Origin: Ignavibacteriota bacterium
Lineage (GTDB): Bacteria; Bacteroidota; Ignavibacteria; UBA10030; UBA6906
Direction of reading: 5' to 3'
DNA: 64,000 bases
Assembly (NCBI GenBank): GCA_963801355.1
Contig: CAWDEM010000004.1
Coordinates: forward strand, 1,536,001-1,600,000
The notes under the pieces were generated by a model. The model ran no database searches, was not told where the DNA came from, and saw only the letters and a program-made list of their open reading frames with translations. Below, piece by piece: positions 11,001 through 20,047 of the stretch. The translations under genes and the position numbers were made by a program. Positions within the stretch are counted from its first letter, which is position 1. Each line of letters starts with the position of its first letter.

Positions 11001-14000
11001 CGTGGCATTGGTGGTCACGGTGGCTGTCCGGCTGCTACCGGGGAACGTACCGGACGGTCCCGTTGGTGGGGCCGCGAAGGTCACGGAAACACCGCCTACG
11101 GCGTTTCCCGTTGAATCTGTGACGCTTGCCTCCAGAGAGACAGGGAATGGTTTGGCCACCTGTGCGCTCTGTGGAGATCCTGCCGTCGTTGCGATGTGGG
11201 CGGCGATGCCATACGTGTTGGTGAGGAGGAAGCCAGCCGACGCCACGCCCAACGGAAGGGAAGCGGTCACAATATATGATCCGGCAAGTATGTTTGCAGT
11301 GAACACGCCCGAGGTTGCGACACCGGTGCTGTCAGTCGTGGCAGCTGAGCCACCCGCCGCGAATGTTCCGCTTGCTCCGGTCGTGGGTGCGTTCCAGGTG
11401 ACGAGGACACCTCTTGCGGAGTTGCCCGCCGCGTCTCTTGCGAGCGCTTTGAATCGTGCGGGAAACGCAGTACCGACATGCGTGCTCTGTGGAGTCCCCG
11501 CTGTCGCCGCAATTGTCGTAGCAGGCCCGGCGACGACTGTCAGAGTGCCTGAACTTATCGTCGCGAGAGTGCCGGATGTTGCTCGAATCCGTGCAGTCCC
11601 GATGAGTTTACCGGTGAAGGTTGCACTTTTCTTGTCGGCACTAGCAGCGAGATCCCCATCGACGACCCCTCCGGCTTTGTTTTGCAGGCTCCAGCTATCC
11701 GCGGCAACGTTGGAGAGGAAATTGCCTGCGGCGTCCCGGCCGACTGCGTACACGGTGAGAGAACTTCCCGAGGGAATGCTCCTGTCGGTGACGACGGTTC
11801 CGGTTCCGTTCGCTGCTGATTCGACACGGATTTGCGAAGGAGCTCCGGCGACGACGACCGTCAGAGTTCCGGAGGGTACTGCAGTGAGGCCGCTCACGGT
11901 CACCCCGATGACTGCCGTCCCTGCCAGCTTTCCGGTGAATGTCGCACTCCGCATGTCAGCACCCGGCACGAGATCTGCGGGGACGACGCCGCCCGAGGAA
12001 CTTGTCAGTGACCATGAGTCTGCAATTACATTTGCTACGAAGTTGTCATACGCGTCGCGCGCAATTGCGTGGACTTTGATCGAAGTCCCCGATGTCACGT
12101 TCTGGCTGCCGATGACCATCCCCGTCCCGTCGGCAGCGTTTTCGACCCGCACTTTGGAGGCCGTTCCCGCGCTGACCGAGAACTGAGCGCTGACGACATT
12201 GCCCGGTGCCGTCGACACCGTCGAACCCGTTGCAGTGAGCGTGTAGCCGGCGCCGGCCTTATCGATAGAGATGTCAGTGAAGGTTGCGCGGCCCGTCAGC
12301 ATGTTCACGGGGATGCTCTTCGTGCCGAGAAGAGCTCCACCCGGTCCGGCATTGTTCTGTATGGCAAGCGTTACGGTTTGCGCAACGTCACCGACAGGGT
12401 TGCCAAATGCATCCTCCAATGTGACGGCAGGTTGAACCGCGAAAGGTATCCCGGCGCTTCCGTTTCCGGGGCTTGTGGTGAACGCCAGTTTGCTGGCAGC
12501 CGCGGCCGAGACGGAAAACTCCCTGCTGAGCACGGATGTCAGCCCCGGGCTCGAAGCGGTCAGCCTTTTCGGTCCAGCGATGTTCAGGAGAAGGTTGTTG
12601 AATGTTGCAAGGCCTGTGGCATCGGTCGGTTGCGTCAGAGTGCCCGTGAGCGGCCCGATCCCGGACGACAGCGCGATGGAGATGGAGACCCCGGATGTAC
12701 GCACGCTATTCCCCTGTGCATCCTTGAGCTGGACGGTAACCGCGGGTGAGATCGACGCACCGGCTATCGCATTTGTGGGCTGTTGCGCGAATTCGAGCTG
12801 TGTGGCTGACCCCGCCGAGATGGTGAAGGAAGTGCTGGTCTCAGAGTCCAAGCCGGAGTGTGATGCGGAGAGAGTCTTCGTCCCTGCAAGGTCGATGCTC
12901 AGATCCGGGAATGTTGCAACACCGGAGGCGTCGGTCGAGCGGGTCTTCGTTCCGCCAAGCGTGCCGGTCCCGGATGAGAGCACCATCGTAATCGTTACCC
13001 CCGACCCGGCAACGTTGTTCCCGAGCGAATCACGGACCTGCACCGTCACCGCCGGTGAGATCGTCGTACCTGCTGGTGCGTTCGTCGGCTGCTGGACGAA
13101 CGCCAGCTTCTTTGCAGGGCCGGGAGTAATGGTGAAGGTATTACTCACTGCGGCCGTGAGGCTTCCGCTCGTTGCCCTTACTGTTTTGGATCCGATAAGG
13201 TTAATGCTCAGATTGTTGAATGTGGCTACACCCGATGATGTGCTTCTGGTGAGTGTGCCACTCAGGACTCCGGTTCCGGAAGCGAGGGTCATGCTGACCG
13301 ATGTTCCGGTGGTAGTGACCGCATTGCCAAACGCATCCAGGAGGTTTACGCTGACTGCCGGGGAAATCACTGCGCCGGCTGCGGCGGTCGACGGTTGCTG
13401 GAGAAATGCCAGGCGTGCCGCGGAGGCCGGGCTCACCAGGATGTTCCTCGATGTATCGGGGGTCAGCGATCCACTACTGAAGAGAATCGAGATGGTCCCC
13501 GCGACATTGTGTGAGAGATTCGAAAATGTCACTGTGCCATTGTTTGCGGTGGCCGTGAGGATTCCCTGCAGTGTTCCCGTTCCGGCGAGACGCGCAGCCG
13601 TCACCACCGTGCTGTTGTCGGTGGTGACCCGGTTTCCTCCAGCATCGATCACGTACAGAACCGGCTGCTGGGAAAATGACACCCCGGCGGTGGCCGTGGA
13701 AGAAGGCTCGGTCTGAATGGCCAGTCTGGTGGCGGGACCCAGGGTTATCGAGAAGGACACGCTTGTTACGGATGTATAGGATGTCGCAGAAGCTGTCAGC
13801 CGTTTGGAACCAATGGGGCTGATGTTTAGATCATCAAATGTCGCCAAACCCAGGGCATTGGTTGCGCGTGTACTGGTTCCTTTCAGTGGTCCTGTTCCAG
13901 TTGACAGGGTAAGGGTGATGGAGACGCCGGCTTGTTGGATGTCCTTGCCGGATTTGTCCTTGAGTTGAACCGTTACGGCAGGCGAGATGCGCGCGTTGGC

Positions 14001-14168
14001 AACGGTGTTCGTCGGCTGTTGAATGAAGGCAAGACCGTTTGCGGTAGGGTTTAGGACAGCATCGGGAGAATCAGGCGGGCGGGGCACAACGTCTTGCTGA
14101 GCACGGAGCAATCCCGTGCTGATCAGCAAAAGAGCGAATGTCGCTATGGAGGCGCGAAGGTCCTTCAT
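8091..14168 (-). CDS. Large (2025 aa) T9SS-exported surface protein/adhesin with tandem Ig-like repeats, two IPT/TIG-like domains, an FN3-like domain and CTD
   Basis: Signal peptide; ~100-aa repeats (LAFxQQP…ISPAVTVQLxDxxGN; TAGTPQS…V.F.AP..G.SGTF); YYWRVFARN FN3-like; NNFPNPFNPAT…KMLLMK CTD. Confidence 0.9.
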   Translation of the reverse strand: MKDLRASIATFALLLISTGLLRAQQDVVPRPPDSPDAVLNPTANGLAFIQQPTNTVANARISPAVTVQLKDKSGKDIQQAGVSITLTLSTGTGPLKGTSTRATNALGLATFDDLNISPIGSKRLTASATSYTSVTSVSFSITLGPATRLAIQTEPSSTATAGVSFSQQPVLYVIDAGGNRVTTDNSTVVTAARLAGTGTLQGILTATANNGTVTFSNLSHNVAGTISILFSSGSLTPDTSRNILVSPASAARLAFLQQPSTAAAGAVISPAVSVNLLDAFGNAVTTTGTSVSMTLASGTGVLSGTLTRSTSSGVATFNNLSINLIGSKTVRATSGSLTAAVSNTFTITPGPAKKLAFVQQPTNAPAGTTISPAVTVQVRDSLGNNVAGSGVTITMVLSSGTGTLGGTKTRSTDASGVATFPDLSIDLAGTKTLSASHSGLDSETSTSFTISAGSATQLEFAQQPTNAIAGASISPAVTVQLKDAQGNSVRTSGVSISIALSSGIGPLTGTLTQPTDATGLATFNNLLLNIAGPKRLTASSPGLTSVLSREFSVSAAAASKLAFTTSPGNGSAGIPFAVQPAVTLEDAFGNPVGDVAQTVTLAIQNNAGPGGALLGTKSIPVNMLTGRATFTDISIDKAGAGYTLTATGSTVSTAPGNVVSAQFSVSAGTASKVRVENAADGTGMVIGSQNVTSGTSIKVHAIARDAYDNFVANVIADSWSLTSSSGGVVPADLVPGADMRSATFTGKLAGTAVIGVTVSGLTAVPSGTLTVVVAGAPSQIRVESAANGTGTVVTDRSIPSGSSLTVYAVGRDAAGNFLSNVAADSWSLQNKAGGVVDGDLAASADKKSATFTGKLIGTARIRATSGTLATISSGTLTVVAGPATTIAATAGTPQSTHVGTAFPARFKALARDAAGNSARGVLVTWNAPTTGASGTFAAGGSAATTDSTGVATSGVFTANILAGSYIVTASLPLGVASAGFLLTNTYGIAAHIATTAGSPQSAQVAKPFPVSLEASVTDSTGNAVGGVSVTFAAPPTGPSGTFPGSSRTATVTTNATGIARAPAFTANNLVGSYRVVATAAGVDSGTVFELTNISGAPGTIVASAGTPQSAAVGSPFTTPLKAIVRDSSGNLLSGVLVTFTAPGTGASGTFAGKLLIDSVVTDGTGIATASTLTANAIVGSFTLLARAPAISTPAAFLLTNLPAPVDTFLIDAAGGGPIGIQTAQVPFNIRVRANDMFGNISTTFTGTADVSSNGVLGQAGKITAPFNAGVLASHTVALQNAGRFIIMATRTGGAETGRSDTFAVINPSPTVTKVTPSSGRRGQILSVSILGTGFLPGVTTVSFGDMIATSTSVRSWTELAVTVSIDTAAATGDRDVYIFNGSPGGGVGSLAGAFVVINNPAPSFTSLIPTSGAVLQRLTLECTGDNFYEGLTSLNVGAGITVNSITFDSSTHMTADVSITGSAAGGMRSIFVSNDPPGGGNSQSISFHVTAPPTPYPIPESPENDQPGVDTVLTFRWHPWPVTGVEYWLQVSTNDAFVPTVVDDSTIADTTKHVTSLARGVKYYWRVFARNDVGNSEPSPTRAFTPSFEYPETISLSDSVWFPLYSARGEYQTKEYRLVGIPGNCNVPVRSFLPGEKDVDWVVYWDNGAASGYLVPFDGTATFNFVPGRAFWVLNKGPMKIVASVPTLPLDSLRSVTIPLRPGWNLITNPFLTTVQWSSVQNANGTGILPDIWTYTGTFARTFAFRPGTGYMFDNADNLPALRIPLGWAAAKSSVPADTTLWRIHIQLSSGDITDGATSIGLSPIASQGRDPLDQRMPRGVGQQPGVFFERPGWDSDAGVFATDIRKEIESIETWPISVRAIVQEPAQLSFSGVPDVPPQYRVLLIDDERAKVADLRENAEYRFTPATPVSRFRIVVGSEDATRDVLGELLPREFALGNNFPNPFNPATTIPVAVPRHANLTLGVYTILGEEVRTLFAGPLEPGRHWFVWDGKNADGNNVASGVYLLRLTADGGQYLTGKMLLMK

Positions 14169-14472
14169 TGTCAGTCGTGTGCGTCCCGGTCGAAACCCAA
14201 CTGCAGACTCGGAGAGATGAGGAAGTTGTGCATGTATTCGGTCAACAAGTCACAAATGAATACCGTGCAAGCGGCCGTTCTTCCCCCGTGCTTGAGACCG
14301 ACCAGCCCACTGGAAATCTACCATCATGGCATATTAATGTCAACGGGAAATCGTTGGTGTTTTGTGGAAACAACGATGATGTCACCCATGCGTGTGCATT
14401 TGGGTCATCCCTGAATGCCGCAGAATCCCCATAATGCCATCGGCGTTGGACTTGAAGGAGTGACGGGAACTG

Positions 14473-14499
14473 TGCAACTTGGGATATGTGTTTAGCGTA
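14473..14499 (+). promoter_or_regulatory. Possible ECF-sigma promoter of the outer-membrane protein gene
   Basis: TGCAAC-N17-CGTA about 30 nt upstream of the ATG at 14531. Confidence 0.35.
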
Positions 14500-14530
14500 C
14501 AATGCAAAGAATCCAGATGAAAGGAACGCC

Positions 14531-15220
14531 ATGCGCACTACTGCCCTCATTTTGTTTGGTTTTGTCGCCCTGACCACGACCACCTCTGCGCAGTCCTGGC
14601 AGGGTGGACTGGATTTCCTCGTGGGTTCCCCGCAGGGGGAATTCCGCAAAAACGTTGACCATGTGGGATACGGACTGGCAGGAAACGTCGGGTTTGCGCC
14701 AGAAGGAACACCCATTATGCTGGGACTAGAATTCGGGTATATGAATTACGGTTCGTCAAGCCGACGTGAATCTTTCAGCACAACGATTCCCGACGTCTTT
14801 GTGGATGTCACGACGACGAATAATTTCATACTCGGGCACGCCATGCTCCGGCTGCAGCCGAATACCGGCAAATTCCGCCCCTACATTCAGGGGATGGTCG
14901 GCCTCCACTACCTCTTCACGGAGACAGAGATTGAAAACATCAATGTGCCCGGGCAAGAGGTTGCCAGCAGCAATAACTTCTCGGACGCCACGTTCAGCTA
15001 CGGCGGAGGTGCAGGTCTCATGTTCCTGGTATACAGCCCGGATGAGGGAGACAGGAGCGACATCTTCGTGGATCTGGGCGCACGGTATGTGTTCGGCAGC
15101 GAGGCGGAGTATCTCAAAGAAGGATCAATCCGGAATGTCAACGGCAATGTGGCTTATGACATTCTCAAATCCAGGACCGACCTCCTCGTTTTCCAGGTTG
15201 GAGTCTCCATGCGGTTCTAG
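14531..15220 (+). CDS. Outer-membrane beta-barrel protein
   Basis: AAGGA RBS, signal peptide, alternating beta strands (FRPYIQGMVG, FSYGGGAG), terminal Phe (VSMRF). Confidence 0.88.
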   Translation: MRTTALILFGFVALTTTTSAQSWQGGLDFLVGSPQGEFRKNVDHVGYGLAGNVGFAPEGTPIMLGLEFGYMNYGSSSRRESFSTTIPDVFVDVTTTNNFILGHAMLRLQPNTGKFRPYIQGMVGLHYLFTETEIENINVPGQEVASSNNFSDATFSYGGGAGLMFLVYSPDEGDRSDIFVDLGARYVFGSEAEYLKEGSIRNVNGNVAYDILKSRTDLLVFQVGVSMRF

Positions 15221-15256
15221 CATACTTATGCGGAGGGAAGTGGCATCGTATACGCA

Positions 15257-15290
15257 AAACGCCCGGGACAAACCCGGGCGTTTCTCTTTC
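15257..15290. terminator. Likely bidirectional intrinsic terminator between convergent genes
   Basis: AAACGCCCGGG-ACAAA-CCCGGGCGTTT perfect 11-bp stem with A/T-rich flanks. Confidence 0.8.
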
Positions 15291-15314
15291 ATCAGACAGT
15301 CGACGGGGGACACG

Positions 15315-16418
15315 TCACGCGGATTGTTTTTCGAACGTGAGCAACTCGCGGCATTCCGAGATCGGAGATTTCGTTGTTTCAGGGGAGGCCGGTCGTCTGG
15401 CCACCTCGATGTGGCGCGGGAGGTACACTTTGCCATGGGAGACGAGTCCGAATCCGCGCGCGAGTGTGGTCACTTCAAAAGGGAAATCTACAACACCAAA
15501 TTGGCCGGCGGTCTGCTCGACGACGACTGACACGCGTCCCCCCTGCTTGAGTATCCGCGCGCTCTCTCGAAGAATCGTCTTGAGTTTCGTCAGAGTGTCC
15601 GTTTGTGCCGTTCCAGGAGAGAACTCCGGTTCTGTGCCGCGAGGGAAGTACTCGTGGGGGGGATCGAGGAACACGTAGTCGATTGAACCGGTTTGTTCCG
15701 GTATGCCGGTCTGAAGGATATTGGCGCGTCGAATTCTGCCGTCGCTCGGTTCTATGTCGTACATTCTGTATTTCCGGTCCTGGAAATACGGGAGTGCATC
15801 GATCACATCTCCGGTTGTACCGCTGCCAGCCATCGGATCCACGATTACCCAACCCGGTTCTGTATAATAGAAGAGGGCATTTGCGACAATTTGTCCGGGG
15901 AGGCGCCCTTTGGCGTTTGACTTTCCGAACCTGGGATCGGCGGAATCTACAGACCAGATGTTCCGCTCTTTGAGGTCGAATCCATAGCGTGTCTTCTCAT
16001 CTTCGCGGCGGGCGTGTTCGGTCTCGCGGATTTTCTTCTGCAGATCGGAAATGGTCCACTTGCTTGCGATGGCCATCTTCTCGTAGTGGTCCCTCTTCCG
16101 GCTGTCGTCCACTTTGGTGGCGAGCTCAAAATAGAAGACCTCTGGAAGGGGGCGCTTTTCCACATCAGGATAGTACGTGTAGTAGCGCTGGCATTGCTTC
16201 AGCATGGAAAAGGGGAATTTGAACCCCGGCATTTCAGCCATGCGCTTGAGTATTTGTTCTGCGAACACTCCTTCTTTGAGCGCGGCCGGGATTACGCGTT
16301 CAACGAGAAACTTGCCGAGGTCCCAATAGTTGTCTGCGGAAAAAGCATTGACGCGTTCAATCAGCGGATCGAGCAAAGAAGAACTACTGCCTGCAGTTCC
16401 ATGATGTCCTTTGGCCAT
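15315..16418 (-). CDS. DUF1016_N-like helical domain fused to an N4/N6-type SAM-dependent (DNA/RNA) methyltransferase; orphan
   Basis: N-term YWDLGKFLVE…F.FSMLKQCQRYYTYYP…Y…A….WTISDLQKKI; C-term DPMAGSGTT (motif I) and FLDPPH (motif IV variant); GGGAGG RBS before ATG at 16418. Confidence 0.75.
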   Translation of the reverse strand: MAKGHHGTAGSSSSLLDPLIERVNAFSADNYWDLGKFLVERVIPAALKEGVFAEQILKRMAEMPGFKFPFSMLKQCQRYYTYYPDVEKRPLPEVFYFELATKVDDSRKRDHYEKMAIASKWTISDLQKKIRETEHARREDEKTRYGFDLKERNIWSVDSADPRFGKSNAKGRLPGQIVANALFYYTEPGWVIVDPMAGSGTTGDVIDALPYFQDRKYRMYDIEPSDGRIRRANILQTGIPEQTGSIDYVFLDPPHEYFPRGTEPEFSPGTAQTDTLTKLKTILRESARILKQGGRVSVVVEQTAGQFGVVDFPFEVTTLARGFGLVSHGKVYLPRHIEVARRPASPETTKSPISECRELLTFEKQSA

Positions 16419-16645
16419 GACGAGCCTCCCCTCAGGATTATAGACGGTCAGGATCTCGAATCGGTGGTAGCTGAGGGATACGACAGTTTTTCGACAAAGG
16501 CAACAATTATCTTCACCGGAACGGATATTCCGGCAGAACATTATCGATCCGCTTGTTGTTGTTCTCTATACGCCTGTTCAGCATCATAGAGTCGAAAGGG
16601 CAATAGTTGGGGGATTTGGTATCTTGTGATGGACGAGGAGGTGCA

Positions 16646-18940
16646 GTGAACGTGGCATACCGTGACTGGATTCTCATTGTTCCGCTCTCTCTTACACTGA
16701 TGGCCAACGTGCAAGAGGATCGGCTTGCGAAGGTGCGGCACACCCAGATTGCCCAATCGGTCAACTCGAGGCGGTACCCCTCTCATTCGGACCAGCAGGC
16801 AGGCGGTTTCATCATCACGGCGGACCCAACCGGGAAGGAAGCATTTGACCCGACCCTGGGGTATGCGCTTCAGCGTTCGCTGGACAGCATCCGCGCAGTG
16901 CAGGATATCGAGGGCGCTTCTGCAGCCGTCTTCATCCCCGGGCGGGGCACGTGGCAGGGCGTCTCCGGCATCTCGTCACGGGCCCCGTTTGTCGGAATCG
17001 ACCCCTCGATGCTCTTCGGTGTCGGGAGCAACACAAAAGCGTTTGTCAGCGCGACGCTCCTGAGACTCGCGGAAGAAGGAATGCTTTCACTCGACGATTC
17101 GCTGAGCCGGTGGCTTCCCGCTTACCCCAACATCACCGGGTCGGTGACGATCCGTCAATTGATGAACATGACCTCCGGATTGTTCGACTATTTGAATGAT
17201 TCCAATGCCCAGGGCGATTCGGTCGAGTCCAATCCCACCCGACTCTGGACTCCGGAGGAACTCATCAGGACTTTCGTTGGTCCCCCTCGCACGACTCCCG
17301 GAGGTGCCTACAGGTACTGCAACACAAATTATATCCTCCTGGGAATGGTCATCAAAAGCGTCACCGGCAAGTCGGTCTCATCGGAAATACGGGAGCGCAT
17401 CCTTACGCCGCTTGCACTGGACCATACATATCTGGAGGTTGAAGAGCTGCACCATGAGCCGGTGGCACATCCGTGGGACAGCGGAAATGACTTTGCGTCC
17501 GTACCTGTCGCCGCGCACTTCAGCACTCTCTGGACCGCCGGCGGGATGATCTCAACGGCGGAGAACATGGTACGGTGGATCCAGGCGCTTTTTGGAGGAA
17601 CCATGTTGTCGCAGGCATCACTTCATGAGATGTTGACCCTTGTCCCGATGTCGGCGAACGCCGCGACAGGCCTCGACTGGAATGGATATGGTCTGGGGGT
17701 GAGGCAGGGCTCTTATTATGGAAAGCGAGTCCTGGGTCACACGGGAATGGTGATGGGATATGTCTCGATCGTGGGATATCTTCCCCGGACGGGTGCCAGC
17801 TTTGCCGTGTTGTTCAACGCGTCAGAAGCCGGCGGAGGCAGGGCCCTGACAGCGTTGCTTGATGCGTATCTGAGGACCGTGAAGATCCGGCCTGCACAAC
17901 CGGGTGCGTGCTATGCGGTGTCCGGCAAGTCCGACGGCTCCGGCGTCTATCTCGCAAACAGCTCAACGGCTGCTCTTGTCCCGGTCGGTTCCTCGTGCTA
18001 CGGCGAGATGGTGGGGGCCCGGGTTGATCCCCGTACGGGCATGCTGTGGGGGCTTTCGAAAGCGGTTGGCTGGGAACTCGTGCAGATCGATGGAGAAACG
18101 GGAGAGGCGTATCCCCGTGTGCGGGTGACATTTCCTCCGGGGTCGCCTGCCGACCTCAGAGGGCTGGATTTCTCACCCGCAGGGACACTCCATGTCGGCT
18201 CGGTGGACGGACGCATCTATGCGATTGACACCGCGACCGGCATCGCCGTCCAGGCAGCAGCGAGCAAGATCTCAATTTCGGGACTTGCCTTCGATCCAAC
18301 AAACGGCGAACTCTGGGCTTCCATACGGTCGAATCCAACACTCAGGGATCGCATCTACAAGATCGTGCTCCCGGCCGGAGACACAGTCGGAGTCGGCAAC
18401 ACAGGGTTCAATCAACCACTCGTTGATCTTGCCTTTGATCCATCGGGGAATCTGTTCGGGCTCGTCGGGAATCCGGCAAGCCCGCTCAAGAACCGGCTGG
18501 CCCGGATCGATAGGATGACAGGGGTGGGGACGGAGATCGATACTCTGGGACTGACGGGGATGGTGTCGATTGCATTTTCGCCGGCCCCCACCGGGACAGG
18601 GGCGGAGACTCGCACGTTGGCAGGAGTCCCCGCAAACTTCGGGTTGGAGCAAAACTATCCGAATCCGTTTAACCCGAGTACGAGAATAGAATTCTCAATT
18701 GTGAGCACACAATTCACCATCCTTCGAGTGTACGACATTCTCGGCCGGGAGGTGGCGACGCTGGTGAATGAATCCCTGCGACCGGGGCACTACACAAGAA
18801 CATTTGACGGGATGGGGCTCGCCTCAGGAATCTACGTCTACCGGCTGCAGGTCCGCCCTCTGGACTCCGCCATCGGGCGTGACTCCAAGAGCGGAGCAGG
18901 GGGCTTTGTGGAAACCCGGAAGGCGATACTCCTCCGGTAA
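16646..18940 (+). CDS. Serine hydrolase (beta-lactamase/S12 family) + beta-propeller + T9SS CTD
   Basis: SNTK (SxxK), YCN (YxN), HTG motifs; repeated GLAFDP..G.L blades; LEQNYPNPFNPST CTD; GAGGAGG RBS before GTG 16646. Confidence 0.88.
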   Translation: MNVAYRDWILIVPLSLTLMANVQEDRLAKVRHTQIAQSVNSRRYPSHSDQQAGGFIITADPTGKEAFDPTLGYALQRSLDSIRAVQDIEGASAAVFIPGRGTWQGVSGISSRAPFVGIDPSMLFGVGSNTKAFVSATLLRLAEEGMLSLDDSLSRWLPAYPNITGSVTIRQLMNMTSGLFDYLNDSNAQGDSVESNPTRLWTPEELIRTFVGPPRTTPGGAYRYCNTNYILLGMVIKSVTGKSVSSEIRERILTPLALDHTYLEVEELHHEPVAHPWDSGNDFASVPVAAHFSTLWTAGGMISTAENMVRWIQALFGGTMLSQASLHEMLTLVPMSANAATGLDWNGYGLGVRQGSYYGKRVLGHTGMVMGYVSIVGYLPRTGASFAVLFNASEAGGGRALTALLDAYLRTVKIRPAQPGACYAVSGKSDGSGVYLANSSTAALVPVGSSCYGEMVGARVDPRTGMLWGLSKAVGWELVQIDGETGEAYPRVRVTFPPGSPADLRGLDFSPAGTLHVGSVDGRIYAIDTATGIAVQAAASKISISGLAFDPTNGELWASIRSNPTLRDRIYKIVLPAGDTVGVGNTGFNQPLVDLAFDPSGNLFGLVGNPASPLKNRLARIDRMTGVGTEIDTLGLTGMVSIAFSPAPTGTGAETRTLAGVPANFGLEQNYPNPFNPSTRIEFSIVSTQFTILRVYDILGREVATLVNESLRPGHYTRTFDGMGLASGIYVYRLQVRPLDSAIGRDSKSGAGGFVETRKAILLR

Positions 18941-18992
18941 CACAACTGTCCGGATTCCCCCGGTCGCTGCCCACAAACACGCGAGGACTTCT

Positions 18993-19943
18993 ATGCCTAC
19001 AGGATCCTTCCTTCTCATGAATATGGTGATGGTGCTTTGCCTTCTGTTGTCCGGCAGCGGAAATGCGACGGGGAGACAGGGGAGAAACAGTCAGGCGCTG
19101 AATCCCGCAGCCCGCGATTCGTTGACCCGCTTGATCGAACAGGAGCGGAAACAAACCCTGGAATGGCTCAGAACCGGTGCGTCGTCGTACCTTGCCACGA
19201 TCCGCCGGGTGGACTTTGGCGACCGGTCCAGCCTCACGGTCGGTCGTGAAGAGGGAAATGACGTGTGCATCGATGATCCGGACATCTCCGCCCGCCATCT
19301 CCGGGTCACCGTGCGTGGTGATTCCTTCCTCGTGGAGACGATGGATGCCGGGGCGGCGTTTTCCGTAAAAGGCACTCGTATGTCAACAGCGCTCCTGCCG
19401 CCGTCGGCCATCGGCATCGGGCGGTTCACGATCCGACTTTCACATCAGTCCTTCCCCGCGCTCATTGTGTTCGACCCTTCCAGTCCGAGATTCAAGGAGT
19501 TCAAGGGGCTCAAGTACTTCCCGGTGGACCTCAAGTATCGTTACATTCTGCCGCTGAACCTGAATCCCACGAAGGACACGGTCGTCATTCTCTCGACGCG
19601 GGGGAATCGTCGGAAGGCGCTCCGGGTCGGGTGGTTCGAGTTTCGTGTGAAGGGAGTCTCGTGCCGGCTTGAAGTGACCAGGTTGCTTGAGCCGGGTGTC
19701 GGCGAGAGAAGTCTCAGCATCTTTTTCCGTGATCAGACCTGTGGAAAAGAGAGCTATCCCATGGGTCGCTACGTGGAGGCAGAGGAAAGGGATGACGGGA
19801 TGTATGTGCTGGATTTCAACAACACCTACAATCCGGCCTGTGCCTTTTCGCTGCACTACAACTGCCCATTGCCACCGAAAGAGAATTATCTTCAGGTCCG
19901 TATTCCGGCGGGAGAAATGGACGCCCACTATATGACGCACTGA
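18993..19943 (+). CDS. DUF1684 family protein with FHA-like insert
   Basis: YPMGRYV…LDFNNTYNPACAFS.HYNCPLPP.EN.L…AGE (DUF1684); VGR…ND…ISARH (FHA-like); GAGGA RBS. Confidence 0.88.
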   Translation: MPTGSFLLMNMVMVLCLLLSGSGNATGRQGRNSQALNPAARDSLTRLIEQERKQTLEWLRTGASSYLATIRRVDFGDRSSLTVGREEGNDVCIDDPDISARHLRVTVRGDSFLVETMDAGAAFSVKGTRMSTALLPPSAIGIGRFTIRLSHQSFPALIVFDPSSPRFKEFKGLKYFPVDLKYRYILPLNLNPTKDTVVILSTRGNRRKALRVGWFEFRVKGVSCRLEVTRLLEPGVGERSLSIFFRDQTCGKESYPMGRYVEAEERDDGMYVLDFNNTYNPACAFSLHYNCPLPPKENYLQVRIPAGEMDAHYMTH

Positions 19944-20047
19944 GCCGATCTTTTTTTTTGAGGTGACTCTCAGTAAAGAAATTCGGGTAATTCTGCGCCG
20001 ATTTACGTACATTAGAGGATAAAGAACAACCCCCTAGGAGTGGCATT

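Noticed and set aside
10966-13716. Long + strand ORFs (406 and 413 aa)
   Set aside because: They are antisense shadows of the Thr/Ala/Gly-rich surface protein
14170-14340. c-di-GMP-type riboswitch upstream of the large surface protein
   Set aside because: Only a GGGACGCA fragment matches; the GGCAAAC/GAAA elements and second stem are absent
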